64,000 bases of DNA from Thermodesulfobacteriota bacterium (GTDB taxonomy: Bacteria > Desulfobacterota > Desulfobacteria > Desulfobacterales > C00003060), in contig JAXHVD010000003.1 of the NCBI GenBank assembly GCA_034189385.1, forward strand, positions 1 through 64,000. Reading direction: 5' to 3'. The notes beneath the pieces are model-generated. The model had not been told where the DNA came from, searched no databases, and was given only the letters and a program-made list of their open reading frames with translations. Of the stretch, positions 56,040 to 64,000 are shown one piece after another; positions within the stretch are counted from its first letter, which is position 1, and each line of letters starts with the position of its first letter. Made by a program: the position numbers and the translations under genes.

Positions 56040-59000
56040 AAAAAGGCCTTCACCTGCGAGTCCAACTGCTCATCAGTAAAAGCGTTGACGCCTATGGCGT
56101 GCCTGTAGCAAGAGGCGGCACAAACCCCGCACCCCTTGCAGCCTACGTCTATGACCTGGGCCTTGCGGCCATCTTTCGTTTCAGCCACCCTTAGGGCTCC
56201 AAAGGGACACAGTTCAGCACAAAGACCGCATCCCACGCACAGCTGCTCATCCACGCGGGCAATCACCCCTGGGGTGACAATAGAATCCTGACCAAGGAGG
56301 GTGCCCGCCTTAGCTGCTGCCGCCTGTGCCTGAGCAATGCTTTCCTCGATCGGTTTGGGATAATGGGCAAGGCCCGCCAAATAGATGCCGTCCGTGGCAA
56401 AGTCCACGGGCCTGAGCTTCACATGGGCCTCCAGAAAGAACCGTTCCTGATTCATGGCCACCTTGAAAACCCTGGCGAGTGCCTCGTTGTCTTTAGAGGG
56501 CACGATGGCCGATGCAAGGGTCAAGATGTCTGCCTCAATCGCCACAGGACACTGCAGCACATGATCTGTTACCGTGACGACGAGCTTGTCGTCCTTTTCT
56601 TTGACTACGGGTTTGTTTTCCAGTCTATACCTCATAAAGACAATGCCCTTTGACCGGGCCTCTCGATAAATCCCTTCCCGCTTCCCGTAGGTGCGAATGT
56701 CACGATGGAGGATATAGATGTCCAACTCTGGGTTCAGATCCTTAAGTCTTAAGGCACTTCGGATCGAATGGGTACAGCAGACCTTGCTGCAGTAGGGCCT
56801 TTGAGGATCCCGAGAGCCCACACACTGGATGAAAACAGCTGTCTTGGCCTCGGCGAATCTGGGGCCATTTTCTGCCATCTCCTGGTCTAATTCCAAAGAC
56901 AAAAACACGCGTCCATCTTTGCCGTAGAGATACTCAGAGGGTTTGAAAGCCTCTCCACCTGTGGCCAATATGGTGGCGCCATGGGCGACCCTCTCCTCCC
57001 TGCCCTTACCATCGACGAGGGTCGATTCAAAGTTGCCAACAAATCCTTCCACGGCCTTGACCGAAGTGTCCACATGCACATGAACCGACGGGTGGTCCTG
57101 AACTCTCGTGGTCATCTCTAAAAGGTAGGTCCGGACATCCTCTCCTTTCCAGGTTTCATAGATTTTTCGGGCCTGCCCCCCCAGAGATGACCCTCGCTCT
57201 ACAAGGTGCACTTCATATCCCTGTTCCGCCAAATTCAGGGCGCTTGTCATGCCGGCCACACCTCCGCCCACGACGAGCCCTGCCTTTGTTACCGGAACAG
57301 TTGGCTCGTCCAGAGGCTGAATGACGCTCGCCTTGGCCACGGCCATGCGAACAAGGTCTTTCGCCTTTTCCGTGGCTTTTTCAGGTTCATTCGCATGGAC
57401 CCAGGAACACTGGTCCCTGATGTTAGCCATTTCAAAAAGGTACTGGTTCAGCCCCATTTCCCGCAGGGTCTCTCTGAAAAGGGGCTCATGGGTCCTAGGA
57501 GAACAGGAGGCCACCACAAGGCGGTTCAGATGATGCTCCTTGATGACCTGCTTGATGTCACTTTGCGTGTCTTGGGAACAGGAGAAAAGGTTCTCATCCA
57601 CATAGGCAACGTGGGGAAGCGTCTTGGCGTATTCTTTTACGTCAGGAACATCGACCACCCCTGCGATGTTGATGCCGCAGTGGCAGACGAACACTCCGAT
57701 GCGGGGTTCTTCCTCCCCCACATCCCTCTCGTCGGGATAGGCATGGGGCTCTGCCAAAGTGAACCGTGCCGGTGCCAAGAGGGCAGAGGCCTCACCAGCT
57801 GAAGCCGTTGCCTCCATGACCGATTCGGGGATATCCTTAGGCCCTTGAAAGGCACCACACACGTAGATGCCGGGCCTGGACGTGCTCACCGGTGTAAAGC
57901 TGCCCGTTTCGGCAAAGCCATCATGATCCAGGCGAATGCCCAGTTTTCTTGACAGCTCGACGGCCTGTTCAGACGGTCCCAGACCCACCGACAAGACTAC
58001 CATGTTAAAGATCTCACGGACCCGCTTGCCTTCTTCATTGGCGTAATGGAAAATGAGATTCCCCGTTTCTTCTTCCTGTAAGACCGCATCGATCCTCGAC
58101 TTTACAAAACGCACCCCGGCCTGTTCTCTCGCCCGGTTATAGAACTTTTCGAAATCCTTGCCGTGGGTTCTCATATCGATGTAGAAGATGGCAGTATCCA
58201 ATCCCTCTTGAGCATGCTCTTTGGCCAGCACGGCCTCCTTTATGGCATACATACAACAGACCGAGGAGCAATACCCCCGACCCACAGAGGGATCACGGGA
58301 ACCCACACATTGCAGCCATGCGATCTTTCTTGGCTCCTCGCCGTCAGAAGGCCTGCGCACATGGCCCTCAAAGGGACCTGTAGCAGAAAGGATGCGCTCA
58401 AACTCCAAGCTCGTCACCACGTTGGGGAATCGACCGTACCCGTATGCTGATTTCATCTTTGGATCAAAGGTCTCAAACCCCAGGGCAAGGACCACCGCTC
58501 CCACCTCCAAGGCAAACTCTTCTTCTTGCTGGTTTAGATCAATAGCGTTTCTCTGACAGGCCCCTGTACAGATCCTGCAGACGCCTCTTGTCTTGAAGAG
58601 ACACTTGGTGGGGTCGATGTAGGGAATGGCTGGAATCGCTTGGGCAAAATGGATATGGAGATTCTTGACCCCTGACATGCCTTCATTATAGGGGTCAGAA
58701 ACCGTCAACGGGCAATGCAGGGTGCACTGTCCGCAATTGGTGCAGCGATCTTCGTCAATAAATCGCGGTCTCTTGACCAAAATGACGTTGAAGTATCCCG
58801 CTTCCCCTTCAATCGTCTTCACTTCAGCCAGCGTTATGATGTCTATATTGGCGTTTCGATCACACTCAATCAGCTTGGGCGACAAGATGCACATGGAGCA
58901 ATCGTTGGTGGGAAAGGTCTTGTCCAACTGGGCCATCTTCCCGCCGATGGCGGCTTCCCGCTCCACCAGATAGACCTTGAATCCAAGATCTGCCAAGTCC

Positions 59001-59104
59001 AGGGCAGCCTGAACCCCTGCGATCCCAGCTCCCACCACCATCACCGAGCCGATAGGTGACAACGAGGAATGGGGTGTTGCAGCAATGTCTCTATCGTCTT
59101 CCAT
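56033..59104 (-). CDS. hdrA: Large heterodisulfide reductase subunit A with two FAD modules
   Basis: GAGIAG, LDKTFPTNDCSMC, QCVGSRD..CSSVCC, GPKDIP; then FVCHCG, GGGVAG, QCVGSRD..CSKVCC, YPKPI; C-terminal 2x[4Fe-4S]. Confidence 0.95.
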   Translation of the reverse strand: MEDDRDIAATPHSSLSPIGSVMVVGAGIAGVQAALDLADLGFKVYLVEREAAIGGKMAQLDKTFPTNDCSMCILSPKLIECDRNANIDIITLAEVKTIEGEAGYFNVILVKRPRFIDEDRCTNCGQCTLHCPLTVSDPYNEGMSGVKNLHIHFAQAIPAIPYIDPTKCLFKTRGVCRICTGACQRNAIDLNQQEEEFALEVGAVVLALGFETFDPKMKSAYGYGRFPNVVTSLEFERILSATGPFEGHVRRPSDGEEPRKIAWLQCVGSRDPSVGRGYCSSVCCMYAIKEAVLAKEHAQEGLDTAIFYIDMRTHGKDFEKFYNRAREQAGVRFVKSRIDAVLQEEETGNLIFHYANEEGKRVREIFNMVVLSVGLGPSEQAVELSRKLGIRLDHDGFAETGSFTPVSTSRPGIYVCGAFQGPKDIPESVMEATASAGEASALLAPARFTLAEPHAYPDERDVGEEEPRIGVFVCHCGINIAGVVDVPDVKEYAKTLPHVAYVDENLFSCSQDTQSDIKQVIKEHHLNRLVVASCSPRTHEPLFRETLREMGLNQYLFEMANIRDQCSWVHANEPEKATEKAKDLVRMAVAKASVIQPLDEPTVPVTKAGLVVGGGVAGMTSALNLAEQGYEVHLVERGSSLGGQARKIYETWKGEDVRTYLLEMTTRVQDHPSVHVHVDTSVKAVEGFVGNFESTLVDGKGREERVAHGATILATGGEAFKPSEYLYGKDGRVFLSLELDQEMAENGPRFAEAKTAVFIQCVGSRDPQRPYCSKVCCTHSIRSALRLKDLNPELDIYILHRDIRTYGKREGIYREARSKGIVFMRYRLENKPVVKEKDDKLVVTVTDHVLQCPVAIEADILTLASAIVPSKDNEALARVFKVAMNQERFFLEAHVKLRPVDFATDGIYLAGLAHYPKPIEESIAQAQAAAAKAGTLLGQDSIVTPGVIARVDEQLCVGCGLCAELCPFGALRVAETKDGRKAQVIDVGCKGCGVCAASCYRHAIGVNAFTDEQLDSQVKAFLN

Positions 59105-59211
59105 AATCGATCCAATAAATAAGAATAGCCTGTTGGGGTCTATACGTCAACATAAGGCCCAACGAAGTTCTTTTGTCATCTCTTCCTATTTTGAGCTGAT
59201 AATGGAAAGAC

Positions 59212-60981
59212 CTAGAACAGCCCTTTCACCTTTCCCGTCTCCACATCCACATCAACGCGGCGAAAGGCCGGGTTGGAACAGGTTCCGGGCATCAAGCTGA
59301 TGGCGCCGGCACAGGGGCACAAAAACCTGGCGCCAGAATAGATCAGAACGTCACGAATCGGCAGTGTCCACCCCTTGGGAACCCCTTTAAGGGCTGGATC
59401 ATGGCTAAGGCTCAGGTGAGTCTTGACCATCATCGTGGCGTAGTCATCATATTTAGAGTCTCCCTCAAGCATCTTCGCCTTGGCCTCGGCACCGGGGGTC
59501 CAGGCCACTCCATCTGCGCCATAGACCTCTCTGGCAATGGTTTCCACCCGTTCTCTGAGTTTCATCTCCAAGGGATAGAGATGTTGGAATTGGCTCTCCT
59601 CGTTGCAGGCATCAATGACGGCATCGGCAAATTCCAGGGCACCCTCGCCACCATGGGCCCAGTGGGTGGATTTGGCGCAGCGCGCCCCGGCGGCCTCGGC
59701 GACCTTTCTGACCGTTTCGATCTCATCATCTGTATCGGTATGGAAACAATTGATGCAGACCACAGGATTGATGCCGGCTTTGCGTACTGTGTTGATATGA
59801 TGGACCATGTTCTCACAACCCTTCTCCACCAATCCCACATCCTCCTTGGTATACTCATCAGGAAGGGCCAGACCTGCAACCACCTTGGGGCCGCCACCGT
59901 GCATCTTCAAGGCGCGAATCGTGGTGGTGAGCACAGAGACGTGAGGCTTCAGTCCGCTGTAACGACACTTGACGTTCCAGAATTTCTCAAACCCAATATC
60001 TGCTCCAAAACCGCTTTCCGTGACGTGATAATCAAACATTTTCAGCCCAATCCGATCAGCAATAATGGAAGACTGGCCCACGGCGATATTGGCAAAAGGT
60101 CCGGCATGTACCATGCAGGGCTGATACTCGGCCGTGCACATGAGCGTGGGGTTGATGGTGTTGCGCATCCATGCCGTCATGGCACCACCCACCTCCAAAT
60201 CACCCGTGGTGACCGGATTGCCATCCTTGTCAAAGGCCACGGTGATTTCGCCGAGACGCTTTCTCAGATCTGCCAGATCCCGGACAATGGAAAGGATGGC
60301 CATACATTCTGAACCCACGGCAATGCCGAACTTGGACTGCATGGTAAATCCGTCAAACCGTCCGCCAATGCCGATGATGATGTTTCTTAAGGCCTGGGCA
60401 CAGTAGTCGATGATCCAACCCATTTCAACGCGGGTAGGATCGATGTCGAGACGACGCATGCCGGTGAGCCTCTGCAGCTGTTCGTCACTGTAGTTGCGCT
60501 CATGCTGCATACGGGCCGTAAGAGCCACCATGGCCAGATTGTGGGCGTTCATGATGTCATTGATATCGCCCGTAAGCCCCAAGGAAAATTCGGTCATGGG
60601 AATGAGCAGGGATATGCCGCCGCCCGCTGCCGTCCCCTTAATATTCATGGTGGGGCCGCCTGACGGCTGCCTCAGGGCACCGCCCACCTTTACCCCCCGT
60701 TTGCCCAGGCCCTCCATAAGGCCGCAAGAAGTGGTACTCTTTCCTTCGCCCAGCGGCGTGGGGGTAATGGCAGTCACCTCAATATACTTCCCATCGGGCC
60801 TGTCTTTCAGACGGTCAATGATTCTAAGAAAATCAAGCTTTGCTAGCCTCCCCATGGGAAGAATCTCTTCTTTTTCAAGACCCAGTTTCTCCCTCCACTC
60901 CTCTGGCATGGGCATGTGCTTTTCGGCATCTTCAGAGATTTGCCAGTCCTTGTATTTGGTTGGATCAAGTGCCATCGTCAT
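59212..60981 (-). CDS. fhs: Formate--tetrahydrofolate ligase
   Basis: [49 protein letters not shown]. Confidence 0.98.
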   Translation of the reverse strand: MTMALDPTKYKDWQISEDAEKHMPMPEEWREKLGLEKEEILPMGRLAKLDFLRIIDRLKDRPDGKYIEVTAITPTPLGEGKSTTSCGLMEGLGKRGVKVGGALRQPSGGPTMNIKGTAAGGGISLLIPMTEFSLGLTGDINDIMNAHNLAMVALTARMQHERNYSDEQLQRLTGMRRLDIDPTRVEMGWIIDYCAQALRNIIIGIGGRFDGFTMQSKFGIAVGSECMAILSIVRDLADLRKRLGEITVAFDKDGNPVTTGDLEVGGAMTAWMRNTINPTLMCTAEYQPCMVHAGPFANIAVGQSSIIADRIGLKMFDYHVTESGFGADIGFEKFWNVKCRYSGLKPHVSVLTTTIRALKMHGGGPKVVAGLALPDEYTKEDVGLVEKGCENMVHHINTVRKAGINPVVCINCFHTDTDDEIETVRKVAEAAGARCAKSTHWAHGGEGALEFADAVIDACNEESQFQHLYPLEMKLRERVETIAREVYGADGVAWTPGAEAKAKMLEGDSKYDDYATMMVKTHLSLSHDPALKGVPKGWTLPIRDVLIYSGARFLCPCAGAISLMPGTCSNPAFRRVDVDVETGKVKGLF

Positions 60982-61005
60982 CCTCCTTGTTTTCTAACGT
61001 CGTTT

Positions 61006-61155
61006 CTAGTCTCTAGGGCCTGTCAGACAACCAGTCTCAGCTGCTCTGGGGAAAAAGGCTTGGCAACAGGCGTCTCTTGTTCATTCTTCGTCATCGATAA
61101 TCAGTATGACTTCGCCCTCGCCTGAGAAGAACCTTGCTGGCTTCGCTTGGCACAT
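61006..61155 (-). pseudogene. Remnant of a receiver-domain gene upstream of fhs
   Basis: Minus frame reads MCQAKPARFFSGEGEVILIIDDEE*TRDACCQAF..., matching a REC beta1/alpha1 start with an internal stop. Confidence 0.5.
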
Positions 61156-61208
61156 ACCCCGCGTCACCCCCTTGACGGGCTGTTGGCACCACCGTTGAGA
61201 ACCGTGAT

Positions 61209-61223
61209 ACGAATTCTGTGCCA
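61209..61223 (-). promoter_or_regulatory. Possible sigma54 promoter for the WLP cluster
   Basis: TGGCAC-AGAAT-TCGT: perfect -24 element, imperfect -12 element. Confidence 0.35.
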
Positions 61224-61486
61224 AAGGAGGTATGAGAACACTCCAAGGAAGCCACCTTGTAATAAATAGATATCACATGTAAATTTTAATTCCAGTATTT
61301 AATGCCATTTTGGGCAGATCACCCGTGTGGGGCGTTTTGCATCGGCAACGATACAAACCTCCCCAACAAACCCTTTGTATTGCCTTGACAAAACCCCCTG
61401 TCCATCATTCTCGGTTCCGTCCCTTGACAACCGTTCTGGTTGTGGAGTACGTTCTTTTTTAATCTGTTGTGGAAGGGGATGAAGAG

Positions 61487-61753
61487 ATGTCCAGATTGAC
61501 CCTTAGCCTGGTTGAGGAAACCCTGCGAAAAGAAGTGCAGAGGCTAGACAAGCGTGTCCAGGTGTTGGGCGTCAACAAGGGCAAGAAGAAGGATTCCTTT
61601 CGGGTGACCCTGTCAAAAGACGGGAGAACCGGTGCAGCAGACCTGAACAAGCAGATCATAAAGGCGTATCTCTCACAGGAGGGCAAGGATAGCGGGTTGA
61701 GAAAGGCCCTTGGCAAGGCGGTGAGTCGCCTAAGCATTACCTTCGGCAAGTAG
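61487..61753 (+). CDS. Small basic hypothetical protein
   Basis: 88-aa ORF with a purine-rich SD, divergent from fhs. Confidence 0.7.
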   Translation: MSRLTLSLVEETLRKEVQRLDKRVQVLGVNKGKKKDSFRVTLSKDGRTGAADLNKQIIKAYLSQEGKDSGLRKALGKAVSRLSITFGK

Positions 61754-61811
61754 ACAACCATCCCTTTTGCCTGCCCTTATGTGTGCTTTTAGCTGAACCG
61801 GCACGTCCTCC

Positions 61812-62996
61812 ATGACCTTGTTTTTCACCATTGTCTTCTTCGTCTTCCTCCTCGTCGTCGTCCTTCAATGTGCCCTCATCCGTTTTATCCTTCCTGAGCG
61901 CATGTCTGGTCCACGGAAGACCGTAATCGCCGCCTGCGTGGCCTCTTGTTTCAACACAATCCCCTTTTGGTACATGGCAAAGGCCTCCATCTTGGATCAA
62001 CTCCCCTGGTGGCATCGAGAGCTTATTGTGTACCCCTACGCCATCGTCCTGGTGGCATCGGCCTTTTCCGGTCTGCTCTTTTTGGCCCTGTGGTCTTTCA
62101 GACCCCTTGTGCAAAGGCTGCGGCCTCCATTTGAAAAGGGTAAGCGAGATTTTCTGGGAACCTCAGCAAGAACACTAATGGTCACTTCCGTGGGGGCACT
62201 GGGCTACGGCGCTTACTGGGAGAATAAGAGCCTTGAAGTCTCGAGGCTGACCCTGAAGTACAAGGGACTTCACCCCCAGCTTTCTGGATTAAGAATTGTT
62301 CAGCTGACAGATTTTCATGCAGGGCCCTTGATATCGTTTCAGACTATTTCGGAGGTGATCTCGGCGGCCAATGCCCTCAAGCCGGATCTGATTGTTCTTA
62401 CCGGCGATTATGTGAACCATAACCCCGCCTATATCCATGGTTGCGCAAGCCTCCTTGACGAACTCAAGGCGCCCGCAGGGGTCTTTGGCGTCTACGGTAA
62501 TCACGATCACTATACGGGGATGGTGGCCATGAGGGAGGCCTTTTCAAAAACCCACCTGTCCATGTTAAGCAACGGCTGCGGCCCCGCCAAGGGCCTGGAG
62601 GGGGTCTTGAATATCATCGGTGCAGAAGACCCCGTGTCCGGCTGGGCCAGGGATGCACAGTTTTCCGATGTAACAAGAATCTCCAGCCTTGTTGATCCCC
62701 ATCAATTCAATCTTCTCCTCTCTCACAGGCCGGGACTCTTCAGGACATCCAAGGCATGGAAGGTGGGCTTGACCCTGTCCGGTCATACACACGGCGGGCA
62801 GGTCATTTTTCCGGGGATAGGGGATAAGGGATTCTCCCTTGCGGGCCTCTTTGTCACTTACACCCATGGCCTCTACAAATCCGAGAAAGATGCTGAAGTG
62901 CGTATGTATGTGAGCAGCGGCATAGGCACGATTATCGCCCCGGTGAGGCTCTTTTGCCCGCCAGAAATTGTGGAAATCACTCTGGCCGCGGCCTAA
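61812..62996 (+). CDS. Membrane-anchored metallophosphoesterase (YkuE/YaeI-like)
   Basis: TDFH, TGDYV, GNHD, LSH, SGHTHGGQ; N-terminal TM helices. Confidence 0.93.
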   Translation: MTLFFTIVFFVFLLVVVLQCALIRFILPERMSGPRKTVIAACVASCFNTIPFWYMAKASILDQLPWWHRELIVYPYAIVLVASAFSGLLFLALWSFRPLVQRLRPPFEKGKRDFLGTSARTLMVTSVGALGYGAYWENKSLEVSRLTLKYKGLHPQLSGLRIVQLTDFHAGPLISFQTISEVISAANALKPDLIVLTGDYVNHNPAYIHGCASLLDELKAPAGVFGVYGNHDHYTGMVAMREAFSKTHLSMLSNGCGPAKGLEGVLNIIGAEDPVSGWARDAQFSDVTRISSLVDPHQFNLLLSHRPGLFRTSKAWKVGLTLSGHTHGGQVIFPGIGDKGFSLAGLFVTYTHGLYKSEKDAEVRMYVSSGIGTIIAPVRLFCPPEIVEITLAAA

Positions 62997-63377
62997 CCTC
63001 CCTTCGGAGTAGGCACCCCACTTGTCACCCGTTCCTGTATGTTCTCTTCTGGCCTTTTGCACGCCCTGCCAGAGGCTCCACGGGCCCCCTTTCCCCGTTT
63101 CGCCCATCTCCTCATATTTCTTGACTTTTCCGTCTTTATGCTTAGGTTGATATAAAAGAAATTGCCAATGAACATCTTTCGTTGTGCAACTATGATAGAC
63201 GGCTAGAAAGTAGTAACTCAGGAAAAGGCCTGGACTCATGAGGGTTTTGACCGTTTGATATTGCAGTGTAACTGCTCGCACTGGATGGACATGAGATGAC
63301 TGTTTCGGACTTCTCACAAAAGCGTCAACAAACCCATAGGGATGATTTCAGGCCAGCAAGAATGAAGGAACATAACG

Positions 63378-63644
63378 ATGAACAAGGACCATTACACTGA
63401 ACGTATAGATACACAGGTTGATGGGGATGAAGGTTTCTGGAGTGAGGACTACGTGTGGGCCACTAGCGAAGAGTCAAAACGCAACACGCTGTCATTACAT
63501 ACCATCGGATCCATTGTGTACCGGCACGGAGGAACTTTAATGGTGGAAACGGAGACGCAGGCCGTCAACATAGACGTGCCGGATGAGAAAAAACGCTCAC
63601 TGGCCGAAGAACTGAGTAGGAAATTAGATATGCGATTGCAGTGA
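63378..63644 (+). CDS. Hypothetical protein
   Basis: 88-aa ORF with AAGGA SD. Confidence 0.6.
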   Translation: MNKDHYTERIDTQVDGDEGFWSEDYVWATSEESKRNTLSLHTIGSIVYRHGGTLMVETETQAVNIDVPDEKKRSLAEELSRKLDMRLQ

Positions 63645-63754
63645 GAAAATATGATTCCACACTGCAGCACCACGCCTAGCGGCTTTTGTTAGTTATCCGT
63701 TAACTAGGCAGAGATGGAAATAAGGTGTTACTTCGTTTTGTATAGGAGGTAGCA

Positions 63755-64000
63755 ATGCTGAGCATGGGAGAGTACTTTGACAACGCAAAAGGGTTGGGGG
63801 TCCTTGCCACGGCCGATTCAAAAGGAAAGGTAGACGTTGCTGTATTCTCTAGACCTCACGTTGTCGACAAGGAGACCGTTGCTTTTGTCATGGCAGATCG
63901 GCTGAGCCATGCCAATCTTCAGTCCAATCCACAGGCCGCATATCTTTTCAAGGAGTCAGGTGAGAAGTACATTGGCAAGCGGCTTTTCCTGACTAAGATT
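63755..64000 (+). CDS. Partial pyridoxamine 5'-phosphate oxidase family (split-barrel flavin-binding) protein
   Basis: SD AGGAGG; MLSMGEYFDNAKGLGVLATADSKGKVDVAVFSRPHV..SHANLQSNPQAAYLF, open to the window end. Confidence 0.85.
   Translation, partial: MLSMGEYFDNAKGLGVLATADSKGKVDVAVFSRPHVVDKETVAFVMADRLSHANLQSNPQAAYLFKESGEKYIGKRLFLTKI

Noticed and set aside
61081..61083. TGA in the receiver remnant as selenocysteine
   Set aside because: It is not a Cys-equivalent position, the frame closes 25 codons later, and no convincing SECIS is visible.
60982..61300. THF or ZTP riboswitch upstream of fhs
   Set aside because: I could not find the conserved motifs of either aptamer by eye.
1..64000. tRNA, rRNA, prophage, intact transposase or defence genes
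   Set aside because: None were recognised by eye or in the ORF track; a covariance-model scan was not possible.

Overview
Chromosomal segment of an anaerobic bacterium, most likely Desulfobacterota/deltaproteobacterial (inferred from gene content, a Desulfovibrio-type Zur box and a Geobacter-type GEMM riboswitch). The left half (1-28 kb) holds a partial secreted PPC-repeat protein downstream of a GEMM-I riboswitch, a TetR-RND efflux operon, zur-znuC-znuB without znuA, a 1440-aa 14xIg surface protein, argJ, secA, an M23 peptidase, a GNAT ArgA-like protein, a GHMP kinase, tatA and several families of MITE/REP-like repeats. The right half (about 27.6-61 kb, all minus strand) is a ~33-kb Wood-Ljungdahl supercluster: fhs, tandem HdrA, folD, cooS, a GltD-ferredoxin-MvhD-like fusion, metV1/metF1, two stand-alone receivers plus a pseudo-receiver-PAS kinase, metV2/metF2, acsDBCE, a NarI/heme-c/HdrC fusion, hdrB, an FBPase homolog, nuoE/nuoF-like genes, a selenocysteine FdhA, and pabB/pabC. 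The most unusual observations are an intact class 1 FBPase that has lost its metal-binding catalytic residues but kept its sugar-phosphate contacts, a DNA-binding-free phosphorelay between duplicated metVF pairs, a cysteine-depleted MvhD domain, and a CGES (possibly NADP-type) NuoF. Functions are assigned from motifs by eye; no database searches were run.
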